Below, piece after piece: positions 9,901-19,192 of a DNA stretch of 64,000 nt. The notes beneath the pieces were generated by a model, which saw only the letters and a list, made by a program, of their open reading frames with translations, had not been told where the DNA came from and searched no databases. Within the stretch, counting starts at the first letter, position 1; the number at the start of each line of letters is the position of its first letter. Origin of the DNA: an uncultured Verrucomicrobiae bacterium (GTDB lineage Bacteria; Verrucomicrobiota; Verrucomicrobiia; Limisphaerales; Palsa-1400); contig CAVPOM010000014.1 in NCBI GenBank assembly GCA_963707025.1, positions 128,001 through 192,000 of the forward strand, written 5' to 3'. Both the position numbers and the translations under genes were made by a program.

Positions 9901-11187
9901 GCCCGAACCGATGCTCGCGATAGGAAAAGGCGCGACGTTCACGAAAGCATCCGCGCTCATCTGATAATCATCAAACGTCACCGTCTGCAAGTCGCTCGAG
10001 TAGTAATCTATCCCGTCCACCGCCGATGGCGTCAAAAATGTCAAACTTGTGCTCGTCGCCGTGATGTTGGTTGACATGACAAAGTAGTTGGTGCTGGAGG
10101 TGCCCGAGTTGGTCGAGATCAACACGGGCAACTGCCCGAGAGGTCCGGGATCGGGATAATTGGTGTTGCAGATGTTGGTCCGAGAGATGACAGGAAAGGA
10201 GCCGGTGACGTTGCTCACGATGGTCTGGCTGAATAACACGACGTTGTACCTGGCCGTTAACCCGAAGACATCGTATGCCAGAGTGAAGACAAAGTTGGTG
10301 TTAAAGATGCTGATATTGGTGCTGGGTCCTGGCAGCGGGTTGCCATTCACGTCTGACGGTCCTATGTAGATGTTCGTGACCCACGCGTTGGTGGTGTAAG
10401 TGTTCTGGTAGAGGTCGTTGGTCGGCACCATATCCACCTGCATGCGGCCGTTGTAGGCGGTCATTCGATTGATCGTAACCCGGCCCTGGCCGGTGTTGGC
10501 CGTGGTGCCCAGGTTCGTGAATGTGCCCGGGTTCAACGACGCAGCCGTGCCCAAGAGAACATTGTCCTCATACCCAAAGTCATAAAGGTTGGTGGCAAAA
10601 GAGAAAACACCCGCCGCCACCGCCGGATGCCAGTTGAGCACGATGTAGCCTTCATTGGTCACTCCGCCCACAATTTTGCCCTCCAACTGGATCAAATAGG
10701 TGGTGCCGGGCACGGCCAGGAAATTAACCCGGCTCACTCCGGTCTGCCCGAGGACCGGGCCATTGGGATCGTCATCGTTGCTCGCCACTTTGGTCAGGTT
10801 GCCGTATATCAGCGGGCTGGTGGGTCGCAGCAGGCTATAGACCGCCATCACCGTGTCCAGGGTGTTGCCGTAGGGATCGGTGCTGTTGCGCGTGTCGAAA
10901 GCCATGTAGTTGCTCATCGGCGCCGTCCAGAGATACCAGATGCTGGCCCCGGAGTTTACCCCCGCCACCGGCGCTCGTTCCCCCAACTCGGTGGTGCCCC
11001 GCTGGTTGTTCCCCGTCACCGTCCCGGACACCCCGAGGATGGGCTGGGCGTTGGTCAAATTGTCGTTGCTCGGCGGAAGCTGCAGCGGCTGGGCGTGGAG
11101 GTCAGCCAGGCCGCCAAAAAAGCCCGCCAGCAACCACAACGGCGCCAGGATCCTCCCTGCTCGCCTCAGATTGGTTTTATTTCGCAT
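937..11187 (-). CDS. Giant secreted surface protein (3416 aa): signal peptide, PPC-like domain, multiple Calx-beta domains, two clusters of delta-60 (DUF5122-like) propeller repeats, proprotein-convertase-P-like domain, two DUF11 domains, short C-terminal beta domain
   Basis: Signal peptide ending LHAQP; repeats like FSATNYNVTESGGFVTITVLRTNG..DGTA.AGVDY...L.F..G (Calx-beta); AIAIQPDGRIVVGGVFT..IARLNTDGSLD.SFN (delta-60); DLELSVTAAPVLATVGNNLIYTVGLTNYGP (DUF11); GTWSLYVAD..GWISNGWSLNL (P-domain-like). Confidence 0.9.
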   Translation of the reverse strand: MRNKTNLRRAGRILAPLWLLAGFFGGLADLHAQPLQLPPSNDNLTNAQPILGVSGTVTGNNQRGTTELGERAPVAGVNSGASIWYLWTAPMSNYMAFDTRNSTDPYGNTLDTVMAVYSLLRPTSPLIYGNLTKVASNDDDPNGPVLGQTGVSRVNFLAVPGTTYLIQLEGKIVGGVTNEGYIVLNWHPAVAAGVFSFATNLYDFGYEDNVLLGTAASLNPGTFTNLGTTANTGQGRVTINRMTAYNGRMQVDMVPTNDLYQNTYTTNAWVTNIYIGPSDVNGNPLPGPSTNISIFNTNFVFTLAYDVFGLTARYNVVLFSQTIVSNVTGSFPVISRTNICNTNYPDPGPLGQLPVLISTNSGTSSTNYFVMSTNITATSTSLTFLTPSAVDGIDYYSSDLQTVTFDDYQMSADAFVNVAPFPIASIGSGGPDWPDILGNLVAPGIPRRVILSLANPRLDPLESLDVAVPTLAPNEVAPDGTGAMAGGGFRAGNTGVAVMSIHDFYNIQPGAVLGLPDTCTNYDAINFENRVYRFPKSAQQTTNDFPIPAVGVTVWRWGPGDHSTTLNYTVNGLTGNPQAWALPTTQELGADFAIGEKILPAPQPPGNFATLENDDFRAPYGPTGSGSITIPPVPGGGQGGVGVGISIPVNNNGAVEFDREIQITLSKPSGGDPRDIIGNVGSCSVIIQYDANLTDIHGVHTQQQPGGAADRSWNMENVANSYPPFNSLPGADQEVLAVAVQQDGKAVIGGHFVSYDATNFNYLVRTLTNGLPDFTFDSGIGIIGPNDFVSAVAIDAVGRILIGGKFTSFNGVTANHVARLNNDGSLDTSFNTGRGADGTVWALALDPNGNVLIGGDFLTYDSTNRVHVARLFGSGPHAGSLDTSFDPGAGTDENFDGVSVRAVASDSLGDVVIGGAFSTVEGTNWPGLARLTPSGALDTNFNPGTDVNGTVYGVAVQSPGNQIVIGGSFSQVHLTNLPCMARLNYDGSVDNSFSPGAGANGPVYCVSIQPDQKILVGGQFTSVGSVRRVGYARLLPNGWVDTSFMDVAYNQFAGVINHYYNVNAVNPNDLPLPAGYNSPNYVNAMAYQPLNQNVLIGGSFVRVGGGFTRDDVRVRWNVASVIGPPTLGPQGTNVLPFNAITGAPVNPNPGPVAGNPPNYPGNVGFTQSTYSANDTAPSTFISVVRTNGALGPVNIVMATNTLPPGPGAAGNIDFGLINNGIAQYPHSFLSVVSEAAGPITTPGYGYDTADGAYGPNNVTILGGGVVPVQLTIFDNKAAQQNLFADLSLLSINDYDTFNLGGMNIPMLPAPALTLAGLEIINDNFPAGTLGFSATNYNVTESGGFVTITVLRTNGSYGSVSVGCKTQNGYTNDPNVQTAVAGVDYNPITTNLNFADEAVSASFQVQIFNHSTLQSNKFFNVILFSPTHGAGFDTNNPPILVTNSVVTIVDDHFQPGHLSFTSAGYSVTKGGTAQVGIERTAGALGLLSVQCLTTDGTGSNGINYTTVSNLLTWTNGDVAVKTVSIPTIEDHVVEGAKTFNVYLTNAVVANYGTGAPTNSLVLLYPTNVPVTIVDDDFYGQLNFAPTNINVLQNAGQAIVTVTRRGGTVGTISVNYATANGSGLIPPFQPALAGTNYGATNGTLIFGDGVTSQTFTVPILYTPSETNAANRVISLTLSNPNPAAITNGNPFPKSGTITILDNQLVTGSPGSVDTTLLTGSGFNNVVNSLSLQPDGKLLAGGLFTFANQIPLSEVARLNADGSVDTGFLYLQAGSDGLVQVVLSQTPDAGQTNGAIMVAGNFAHFDNIPFNNIARLNLDGSLDTTFNPGAGADNTIYAVVETFLAPATNNGPPVRAYLIGGGFANFNGVQRSGVARLTSAGQVDLNFNPGNGVTSTNGAVHALAVQADGKVIVGGDFISFNNGNYHHLVRLNLDGSVDLTFNADTGGTVLGSVHAIAIQPDGRIVVGGVFTNVNGASLNHIARLNTDGSLDQSFNVGVGANNTVETLAIDSQERILAGGQFTRASGVTRNGLTRLNADGSVDPTINFGSGANGYVHAIAIQANDEINVGGSFTSFGGYVQNNFTRLFGGEIFGPGSLSFTGPLYGAVQNQTNALITVERTGGTAGVAGNPVVSALFTTADGTALNGVDYTAVSSTVSFPIGETFTNVLVPVINNGVVGGNRYFNVNLSEPLGVSLGFQSSAQVIITNANSAVAFSSASYRQSENAAGGAAVIPVVRIGNPITTLTVTAFTGTNGTATPGVNYFPASNVLVFPPGVVTNLWVIGLSNNTSMLSDQTVDLELTNPTNGFLTTPSSATLTIATVYAGPGVVSFDQPSYTVGEAASNAVINLIRTNGVTGPISVVFATSNGTATAGVNYGQVVQTNFFSDGQTSQSITIPIYQLTNAVPDSTVFLTLSDPVGTTIGGSSVETLTIVNDIQDFTMASADYFVSEASGSVTVSILRNGPTNGTISVGYTTVSPTNAAGTNGYAIPGLNYGPTNGVLTFAPGQTFETVPIAIFQQKTVDAPESFEVVLTNASPGTQIGSPGASVVTIIGDVTGFALATNAYITGENGSNVVVTVNRLNVNTGTVLVSYATSDGTAVAGVDYAATNGVLTFADGQASTNVTLTILNPGVLENTKTFNFALANPVSTISTNIYLLSPSNAVISITNTVTAMSFSSAAYAVNEKGVQVQITVVVSGVTNTNTSVQFATADGTGKAGVNYFATNGTLNFAPGVTSQSFAVDVIDDHIITADHTVILSLSNPQGAGAIPPVLSPPSTAVLTIQEGDGSYVIAAGTALVYESFQPTNGLIDPGETVTVDFGLRCISGGNTTNLVATLQASSAVTPGVGSSHNYGVLIQGGHAVSQPFTFTANGSNNQVIAAVFQLQDGPRDLATAVFSFTLGTTTTTFANTNLIAVPAANFVPTPAEGPAGPYPSVIPVGGLAGNVGKVTVAFSNLTHSLPSDIMMVLVSPVTNVLLMNAVGGGNGLGVTNFSLTFDDAAPAYLSSNQLVNNISATNKPTPYINEYIDINGTYSNVTLFVGNNWGILPVMPPPAPANPYPTNLSVFSGTAADGTWSLYVADTKTLDYGWISNGWSLNLSTGNPVPSYTDLELSVTAAPVLATVGNNLIYTVGLTNYGPAGASGVFITNILPAGLTYLSNNFPGTVVNNNGVLTFAVNALAVGTGVSFEVAVVPNAAALETNTFIAISGQLEPSTNNVTNVVSSISQPSADLGVTISATPNPVTAGDFATITLVATNNGPSLAFGTTVTNYLPEGLVLTGHSASLGSVASAGGTNTWSVGSLAPFADATLTLTAMATNAGGGTVLDTVVVGSLAYDPIKLNNFASFKIVINPAPTLSIVSSAMANTFTWPVAATNYMLQGATNLTPPIVWVTVTNPAPSIVNGQYSVTVPTNSLHFFKLTTPF

Positions 11188-11271
11188 AAAATCGCACTCT
11201 CATCTCTGTCTTTCTCGCTCTTGACTCAATGCCCCTCCCGCCCGCCGCCTCTTCTCTTTCTCCTTGGGGAT

Positions 11272-11667
11272 GAGGGCGAACAACCCCCAATCCCCATTCT
11301 CACATCCCTCTTCCCCCTCTCCCTGGAGGAGAGGGCGAACAACCCCCAATCCCCATTCTCACATCCCTCTTCTCCCTCTCCCTGGGGGAGAGGGCGAACA
11401 ACCCCCAATCCCCATTCTCACATCCCTCTTCCCCCTCTCCCTGGAGGAGAGGGCGAACAACCCCCAATCCCCATTCTCACATCCCTCTTCCCCCTCTCCC
11501 TGGAGGAGAGGGCGAACAACCCCCAATCCCCGTTCTCACATCCCTCTTCTCCCTCTCCCTGGAGGAGAGGGAGAACAACCCCCAATCCCCATTCTCACAT
11601 CCCTCTTCTCCCTCTCCCTGGGGGAGAGGGCCGGGGTGAGGGCGAACCATCCCCCATTCCCATTCTC
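11272..11667. repeat. Tandem array of a 59-bp unit (6 full copies plus a partial) containing a REP-like hairpin
   Basis: Unit GAGGGCGAACAACCCCCAATCCCCATTCTCACATCCCTCTTC(C/T)CCCTCTCCCTGG(A/G)GGA starts at 11272, 11331, 11390, 11449, 11508, 11567; then GAGGGCCGGGGT and a diverged partial unit from 11638. Hairpin CCCTCTCC-CTGG(A/G)-GGAGAGGG spans unit junctions. Confidence 0.97.
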
Positions 11668-11708
11668 CGATTCAATGGCTCTTCATTCTTCATCCCTGTT
11701 CCCCCGGC

Positions 11709-14700
11709 TTAATGTCCCTGCAACAACACCCCGCCGCTCTGGTTGGTCCCCAGGAAAAACCCGCGCGCCACTCCCTGCTCCTGCAACACCACTCCCGCCC
11801 CCGTCGCTTTCTTGCCCGTGCCGGGCGCGACATACTGGAAGGTAAAACCTCCGGTGCTCGCGTTGATGGTCAGCGTCAAACTCTTGTCCGCCGATACATA
11901 GTTCTCCAACCCGCTCGCGCTCACCGCCTCGATGACCTCCAGCGGCAGATTCCCCCCGCTCAGGGTGACGGTCGGGCTGTTCAACGCCAGCCCGTTGGTT
12001 TTTTGAAACGCCGCCGAATATGTGCTGCCCAGCAATACCGCGCTGCTGGCAAAGCCGTTGCTATAATAAGTTCCCGGCCCAGCCTGCCTGGCCCACGCCA
12101 CCGTTCCGCTCAACGTCCCGTTGGTCGTGTCAAAGCCCACCCAGCCCAGCACCGGCTGCGGGACTCCCGCCGGGGTGAAGTACAGCGGCCATTGCCCGCC
12201 TTTCGATACGGGAACCGCCTGGCTGAAACTCACGTTATCGGCCAGTGTGCCGGCCGCCGTCAAATTGCCCAGCGCGTCCACCTTCACCGTGCCGTAACCG
12301 TCGCCGCCGGGGCTGAGGGCGGCGTTCGGATTGCCGGGCAACACCAGCGTGTAACTCCCGGCTTGCGGCGCCGGCTTGGCCGCCGTCCACTCCGGCGCAT
12401 GGTAAGCCGTCAAGGTGGCGTCAAACTCCGCGTTGCTCACGCTGCCCGTGGCCAGGCCGGGCGGCTCCGAATTGTCCACCTCCAGGGCCACGGCCAGGAC
12501 CTTGCCCCCATTGGTGGCCGACAGCCTGGCCACACCGGCCATGTTGAACTGGGAACTGAATGGATAATTGGTCGTCCCGAAAAGCAATTTGCCGGAGAAA
12601 ACTCCGTTGCTTTTCAAGGTCAGCGTCACGGAGCCGGAGTTGTTGCCGCCCACGACCGCGTTGGTCGGATAGAACAGCCCGTTATACACTCCCGCCAGCC
12701 CGATGAACGGGTTGGTGATGAAATTGGCTGTCAAAAATGCAAAAACATTGGTCGGCGTTCGAAACGAAATGGTCTGCTGGCTGGAAACCACCGCGCCGGA
12801 CCAGCCCAGAAACAGCCAGCCGGCCGCGGGCATCGCGGTCAGGGTGTTGCTTTGCCCAACAGTCACCCCTTTCTGCGTCAAATTCGGCGTGATGATCCCC
12901 TGCCCAGTCGTCCAAAGGACAAAGGTTTGCCCGCTCACGCCATTGGCCACCGGCAGCGTCTCCGTCCCAGTCACCAGCGTCGGGCACGGGATCGGCCCGA
13001 CGCTCGGGTTGTTCAACGGATACGGGCTGTTGACATTCAGCACGCCATCGCCGGCCGAGGAAATGCTCGCGCTGGATCGCAGCGCCGCATTCATCAGACA
13101 GTTGCTCCCCCCCAGATAGGCCACATTGGTCGTGCTGTTCGGCCCGGCGAACTGCGGCACCCACACGATGTTGGAATAAACCTGGTGCAACTTCCCCGGG
13201 TCCACGTTGGCGTTGGCAAAATAAATCGTGAAATTCGGATCCACCAGCAGCCCGTTGTGGTAATCGCTGAACGACAAGTCCTGCAAATCCAGATAATCCA
13301 CATACAACGCGTTCTTCTTCCCCGCCGCGCTGAACTGCAAGGTGGCATCGGTCGTCCGATCCAATATCAAATGCCCGATCACCACGTTGTTGAAAAACCC
13401 GGCCACTGTCGCCCCAAGGTCCTGTCCCGCCCACACATGTTGCACCCTCTGGCCGGGCACGGCCGCGATGGTCTTGAGCTGCGTCCCAAACAAGTCCCCG
13501 CTCGCCGGCTTGACCGGCAGCGAGAATCCGCCCGTCACCTGCCAGACGTTGGTGGCATAGGCGTTGGTCGAAGCCGTGTTGGGAAGGTGGTCGGTCAACT
13601 CGCCGCTGGCATAAAGGACCAACTGCCCATAGCCGGACTGCCCGGCCAGAATGGTGGAATTGGTCACCTGGATGGAGGTGGAAGTCAGGTTCACGTTGCC
13701 GTCGGCCTGCAGGGTGTTGGTCAGAACCCAGTCCTCCCGCCCCCAGGTAATCGGTCATGGCGTTGAGCGTAATCGAACCGTTGTTGGTGGATAGGATGCG
13801 GCCGCCATTGGCAAAAATCTGCGATTGCCACTCGATCGTTCCCGAATTGACTGCACCCAGGTTGGTCGTGGTCAGCAGCGGGGTGTTCAGCCTGGTCGGA
13901 TTGACCGTGCTGGCGCCGAGCACGAAGCCGACATCAATATAGTCGTCCGCCGTGAGCGAACCGCCGCTCCCGATGAGCAAATTCTTCAAGCCCGGCAGAT
14001 TGGTCGTCCGCAGTATGCTGGCGGCCCCGGTTAAATGAACGCTGCCATTGAGGGTCAGATTGCTCGCCTGAAAAAGCGCTCTCCCCATCACCCGCAAAGG
14101 GTCATCCACCACCACATTGCTCCCGCGCAAGGCCACGTTCAAGCCCGTCGTCTGGAAGGTGTCCCGCAAGTCCTGGTCCACGATCAGCACATGATATACA
14201 AAAGTGTTGGTCACCCGGTTGGTGGTGCCCGTGCCGGTGTTGGTCTGGAGATTGGACCAATCGGCCGTATAGGCCGCAATATCCCCGCGCAGCCGGTGGA
14301 AGGTGCCCGGGAAAAGATTGCTCACCAGCAGCGAGCTGCGCGGATTGCCCAAATCCACGTTCATGTTGCCAAAATCAACCGCCGCCGGCCCGCCCAAAAA
14401 GTTGGTCGCATTCATCTTGACAAAGCCGTTCGCCCGCATCCTCAGATTCGTCACGTTATTGGTCTTGCTGGCGTTGATTTCAATCCGCCCAGGCTCGTTG
14501 GTGATGTCCGGCATCCCCGTCTGGCTGTGCCCCAGAATAGTGGCCGTGTAATCGAACAACCCATCCGCCTGTTCCGGATTCCGGCCCACCTGCGCGCAAT
14601 AGAACGAATTGGTCATCGGCACGGTGATGCTTGAAAATATCCCCGCCGTATAAAGCACCGTCGGATCAAAAATGTCGTCGGCGGCAACTCCCGCCAGCCA

Positions 14701-16095
14701 CTCCGCCGGCTGGTTGCGCGTGATCTCAAAACCAAGCGGTTTGGCATAGCCCGGCCCCGCATAAACGCTGTTGGTGGCGTAAAAACCCGGCACCTCAATC
14801 GCCGAGTTGTCCAAAAAATAAATGGAATTGGTCACCGTCTGGCCGGTCATCACGTCCAGCACCGGCGCGCTAAACTTGATCATCGGCTCAAGCTGGAACT
14901 CGTCGCCCGGATAGATGGTCGGCTCATCCAGCAAAATATTGGTCCCTAACCCACCGTAGCGCACCTCCACGCTGATGTTCGTATCGGCAAAGGCGGTGTT
15001 GACAAAGACGATGGTGTAGTAATTGGTTTCTGTGGCGTTGGCGTTGGTGGACGAAAGGATACCTTCCGAATAGACAAACGACTGAAAATTCGGCGCGACC
15101 GGAGGCGTCGTCACGGTCGGAGTGTAGCCTTTTATCGGTATGAACGGCGTGCTCATCGGGAAAATCTCACCAGGAGGAACCCAGGTTCCAGGGGTGGCCA
15201 CAATTTCCCCTTCCACGGTTTCGTTTCGCGTGCCTCCTTGCCAGCTTCCGTTATTGCCGATAAACGGGAACAACGTCTCCACTACCGGCGGCAGTCCTTC
15301 TAAAGGCAGCTCCAGGGTGGTTTGCACCTCCTCCACGTCACCCAGCTCGCTGGCCCCGTTGGTCAAGCTCCAGTAGATGTCATACACTTCCGCCGGGGGG
15401 GAAAAGAACCCATAAATCGCCAGGGCGCCGGTTGAGTACCCCACCGTAACTCCCCGCGCCGCGGTCGCGTTGGTGTCCAGTTCCGAAATGATCCCGGCCT
15501 CCAAACCGCCGCCGCTCAGATTGATGCTCGCCCCGTTCAACGTCAGCACCCCCAAGTCCCCCACCGACATCAGCCCGCTATTGCTGATGTTCGTGGCCGA
15601 TACCTCAATGGCCGATGGAAACGGCGTGTTGGTGCCCGGACCGCCCGCGATCAGCAAGGGGATGGTTCCACCCACCCACAGACGCGCCCCTCCGCTGCCC
15701 GGCGGTTGCGAAGGCACCGTAAACGCGTAGCTCCCCCCCAACGCAAAAAAAGCCACCGGCGGCGCGTCCAACCCGGTTATCATCCCGCGGTTATTGAAGC
15801 TCGAGGCGGCATGCACGCTCTTGGCTGTCTCGGTGTTGAAGGTGAACCCCGGCTGGGCCACCATGATGGCCGTGTTGGTGAAATACAACGTGTCCCGCGT
15901 TTGAAACGGCACGCTGTCCACGATGTTGGATCCAATCAAATTGAAATTGACAACGTTTTCATTGATAAACACGACCGCATCAATGTTGGTCCGCGCCGTC
16001 AGCGTCACGTCGTTGATAAAAACCGCGTCCGGCTGCGCCGCCGCCCACCGCCCCATGCCCGCCGCCAGCATTATCAATAAGGTAATTCGTTTCAT
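11709..16095 (-). CDS. Large secreted surface protein (~1460 aa) with an InlB-B-like repeat and a ~330-aa beta-rich C-terminal domain; one frameshift near 13728-13745
   Basis: Start MKRITLLIMLAAGMGRWAAAQP at 16095. ORF 12682..16185 loses its composition after ..DYLGAGGL, while the adjacent frame reads VLTNTLQADGNVNLTS into ORF 11709..13694; removing one G joins them. TLTAMPAAGWLFLGWSG..LTANF repeat precedes the C-terminal domain. Confidence 0.8.
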
Positions 16096-16111
16096 ATCTT
16101 TGCAATCAATG

Positions 16112-17701
16112 CTAGGGGGATTTGCCTCCGGCCGGGCGCGCCCGCAACGCCGCCGCGCCCCCGCCGCCGCCGGCGGCGGCGCCACCGCCGCCCGTCACGG
16201 TCCCTCCCCCTGTGCCTGTGCCCGCCGTCGTGTTGGTGGAGATGATCGGATTGAAGGGCGAGTTGATGGCGGACCCTGGCGGCGGGGTTAACTCAAGGTC
16301 TATCAACCCAGCCAGGCTCGTGCCCAAGGGAAACGCGATCGGCGCGTTGGTGCTGCCGTCATACGACCCAAACTGAAAATAGGGATACAGAAAAAATCCC
16401 GAGCTGGACAAAAACCCCGGGTTCTCATTGTAGTAGATCGGCCCCACATTGTTGAACGTCACCAGCATGCCCCGGGCTGATGACCTCCGAAACCGTTGAG
16501 AGTGGATTGTTGGCCGCCACCGGCGGCGCGATAAACGTATTGCTTCGCGTGTAGGGCTGGTCCTCCGATGCCGCCGGCGTGCCCAGCAGGTTGGCCGAGG
16601 CAAATATGATATCCGGCTGCGTGTTCGTCCGCCAGACCGTCAGGGTCGTCTGCCTGGAATTGGTCAGGATCGGTATGTTGTAGTGAATGACATTGGTGGG
16701 GAAGGCGTAGCCCACCGCCGAATCGTAGGCCACTTTCACAAACATGATCTTCTCCACCCCCCCACCGTGCCGGTCCAGGTGTTATCCAGCACATTGGTCG
16801 CCCCGACGGGGGACCAGGCGGTCGTCAGACCCCCCACCCAGGCGTTGGACGGCATGGCTTCATTGTTGTAATTGTTATGGCGATACAGGTAACGCAAACC
16901 CCCAAAATCATCCCGCGTCAGGCCCAGGTAGAATCCCCCAAGTTGCTGCGCTTCCGCCGTCGCCACCGCGGACGTGGTGGTGGAGATCCCGTTTCCTCCC
17001 GGATCCACACTGGCTTCTTCATACGCATCCGCGATGTCAGGTGTGACACCTATCGTGCAATTATCTATAATATTGTAGGCGTACAGGGTGCCGTTGACGT
17101 AGGTGCTCGGATTCCAGGTGATCGGGTCGTAATTGCGCACCGCCACCTGGTAAGTCGCAATGCACCCGGTGACGACTTGCCGCCCGAACAAATCAAACAC
17201 ATGGGTTTCTCCCAGCAGGCCCATGTGCTCGATCATGATCTGCAGCACGGTGGATTTCAGGTCCAGCATGCTCAGGGCGCGCGCCGTGTAATTGATCTGC
17301 TGGTTGCCCTCCGTCACAAACTCCGACAGATCCGCGCTCGCCCCGGAGACCGTCGGCAATCGGTTCAGGATGGCAAAGGCCGCGTCCACCGCCTTGACCC
17401 CTTCGGTGCCGTAAAAATTCAGAAACGTGTAATCGTAGCCGTAAGTAATGATGGCCGAATTGAGCCGCGAGCCTTCCCCGTAGTTCTTCGGCCCCCCCTG
17501 TTCAACGTAAGGCACATTCCCGGGAACGCTCAGATCTTGATTCAGGCCGCTGACGTTCGGAGAGTAATAATACCGGGTCCCATACGAAAGGCCGGCCGTT
17601 TGAAAAGTTTCCAATGGTCCCCAGATGGTGAAGGCCCAAGCCTGCGGCGCCACGGCCATCCCCAAAAACAGCCCCGACAAAGTTCTCAGATTTCGCAACA
17701 T
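16112..17701 (-). CDS. Secreted matrixin-like protein lacking the canonical zinc motif, Gly/Thr/Ala-rich tail; two frameshifts (~16760, ~16472)
   Basis: Signal peptide ..APQAWA|F. ORFs 16736..17701, 16425..16757 and 16112..16603 join by adding one base at the C7 run 16757-16763 (TVGGVEKIMF) and removing one at C4 16470-16473 (ISPGMLVTFNN). LTRDDFGGLRYLY resembles the matrixin C-terminal helix. Confidence 0.7.
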
Positions 17702-17736
17702 ATAAGCAACGGGTTAAAAGTTCGACTGCCTCATGG

Positions 17737-18947
17737 TTATGGCATTAACACGTACATCTGCCCAAACAAATCAAAGCCGGTCGCCCCCGCAAAACTGGCC
17801 CACACCACCAGAAAACGATCCAGCCCGTTCCAGGACACATCCGGTTCCAATTGCTGGCTGGCCCAGGTGGTATTGACTTGAAATTCATCCTCCGACACCT
17901 TGTCCCCGCCTAACAGGAACCGGCCATAAACTCCTTCCCGGCTCCCGTCCTCTCCCAGGCTGGTCCAAACCGCCAGGATTCCGCTGGGCGCGCTGGCCAG
18001 CCGGGGATTGTATTGATCCCCATAAAGATAAGTGTTGATTCTGAACGGCGGCACCGTTGGCGCGCCGTGGGCGTTAAAGGCCCGCCCCCACACGTCCCAG
18101 CCGTTGGTCAGAATGGTGTCCTTCTGGCTCCACGCCGCCGTAAAGCCTCCGTTGTTCAACGGCGCCAGGGCTGGCGTGCCACATTTATACGTGCCGGAAT
18201 TGGCCAGAAATTCTCCCGTGACCGGCACCCCGGCGGCCGTAAAGACCCGCGCATATATATCCCGGCTCGTCACAAAACGCTCCCCTTCGGACACCCAGGC
18301 GAAAACGACATCGCCGTTGGCCAGGGCGCACACGGCCGGCTTGCGCTGGTTGCCGATGGTATATTGATTGACCAGAAATTCCTGCGTGCCGGCCAAGGCC
18401 CCGGCCGCCGTCACTTTGCGCGCATACACTCCCCACAAGCTGCCGTCTTGCCCGTAACTGGCCCACACCACCATCGCCCCGCCGTCCGCCAGCGCCGCCG
18501 CCGCCGGTTCCACCTGCTGATCTTTCAGGTAGGTATTGACGCGAATGTCCCCGGTGTAAAAGTTGGCCCTTTGCCCAATCGCGCGAAGATATCCGGAGTG
18601 CCCAGCACTCTGCTCTGCCAGACATATATGGTGTTCCCATTGCGCAGTTCTTTGACCGAGGGCCTGAACTGGTCCCCCGTGGCCGTCTTTTGCACGCTGT
18701 AAATGGACCCGGCGGTATAGCCACCGCCCAATGCCGCGCCGTTAATCCCCAAGCCCTGATTGTAAAACGCCAGCACCCCGCCCGTCGCCGTCAGCGCAAT
18801 GGAGGGGAGAACCTGGTCGCCAGGGCGCGACCCAATGACGCTGAATTCGCTGCCGAGACGGGCGACTCCCTGGCTCCGGCCCACGGTCGCCCCGGCGAGT
18901 AAAAGCACCGTCAAATACACTCCTCGGCATCCGTACAGTATGCTCAT
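17737..18947 (-). CDS. Secreted repeat protein, probable beta-propeller; one frameshift near 18567
   Basis: Signal-like N-terminus ..LTVLLLAGATVGRSQ; recurring EF.VN.YT.G.Q..P.V..L..G..V.AW.S...DGS..GVY.R units in both ORF 18525..18968 and 17737..18513; adding one base at CCC 18567-18569 gives KGANFYTGDIRVNTYLKDQQVEP. Confidence 0.75.
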
Positions 18948-19192
18948 AAGAAAATTGAATGTTAGCAAGATTTAATGAATTTGTCCATGCAAACTTCGCC
19001 CCCCCGATCCTGAGCGAGTTCTTCAGCAGCGCGGCCGCCCCGACCGCAGCCGCCGGCGTCCCGCCGACGGAATCCTTCCTCCCAAACCAGGCCGCCTTTT
19101 GGGTGAGTCAGCAAACACCTCGCCAATGATTCGGGTTCGTCATTTCCACGCCTCCAGGCGCCTGTTGGCACTGGCGCTCCCGCCATTCCTCT

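Noticed and set aside
11272..11667. CRISPR array
   Set aside because: Whole 59-bp units are near-identical with no unique spacers; no cas genes in the window.
10627..11845. ORFs translating through the tandem array
   Set aside because: Pro-rich products of reading a non-triplet repeat; they overlap real genes on the opposite strand.
937..17701. PEP-CTERM exosortase substrates among the secreted proteins
   Set aside because: None ends in PEP plus TM plus basic tail; the pseudo-matrixin tail is Gly/Ala-rich, not a convincing TM.
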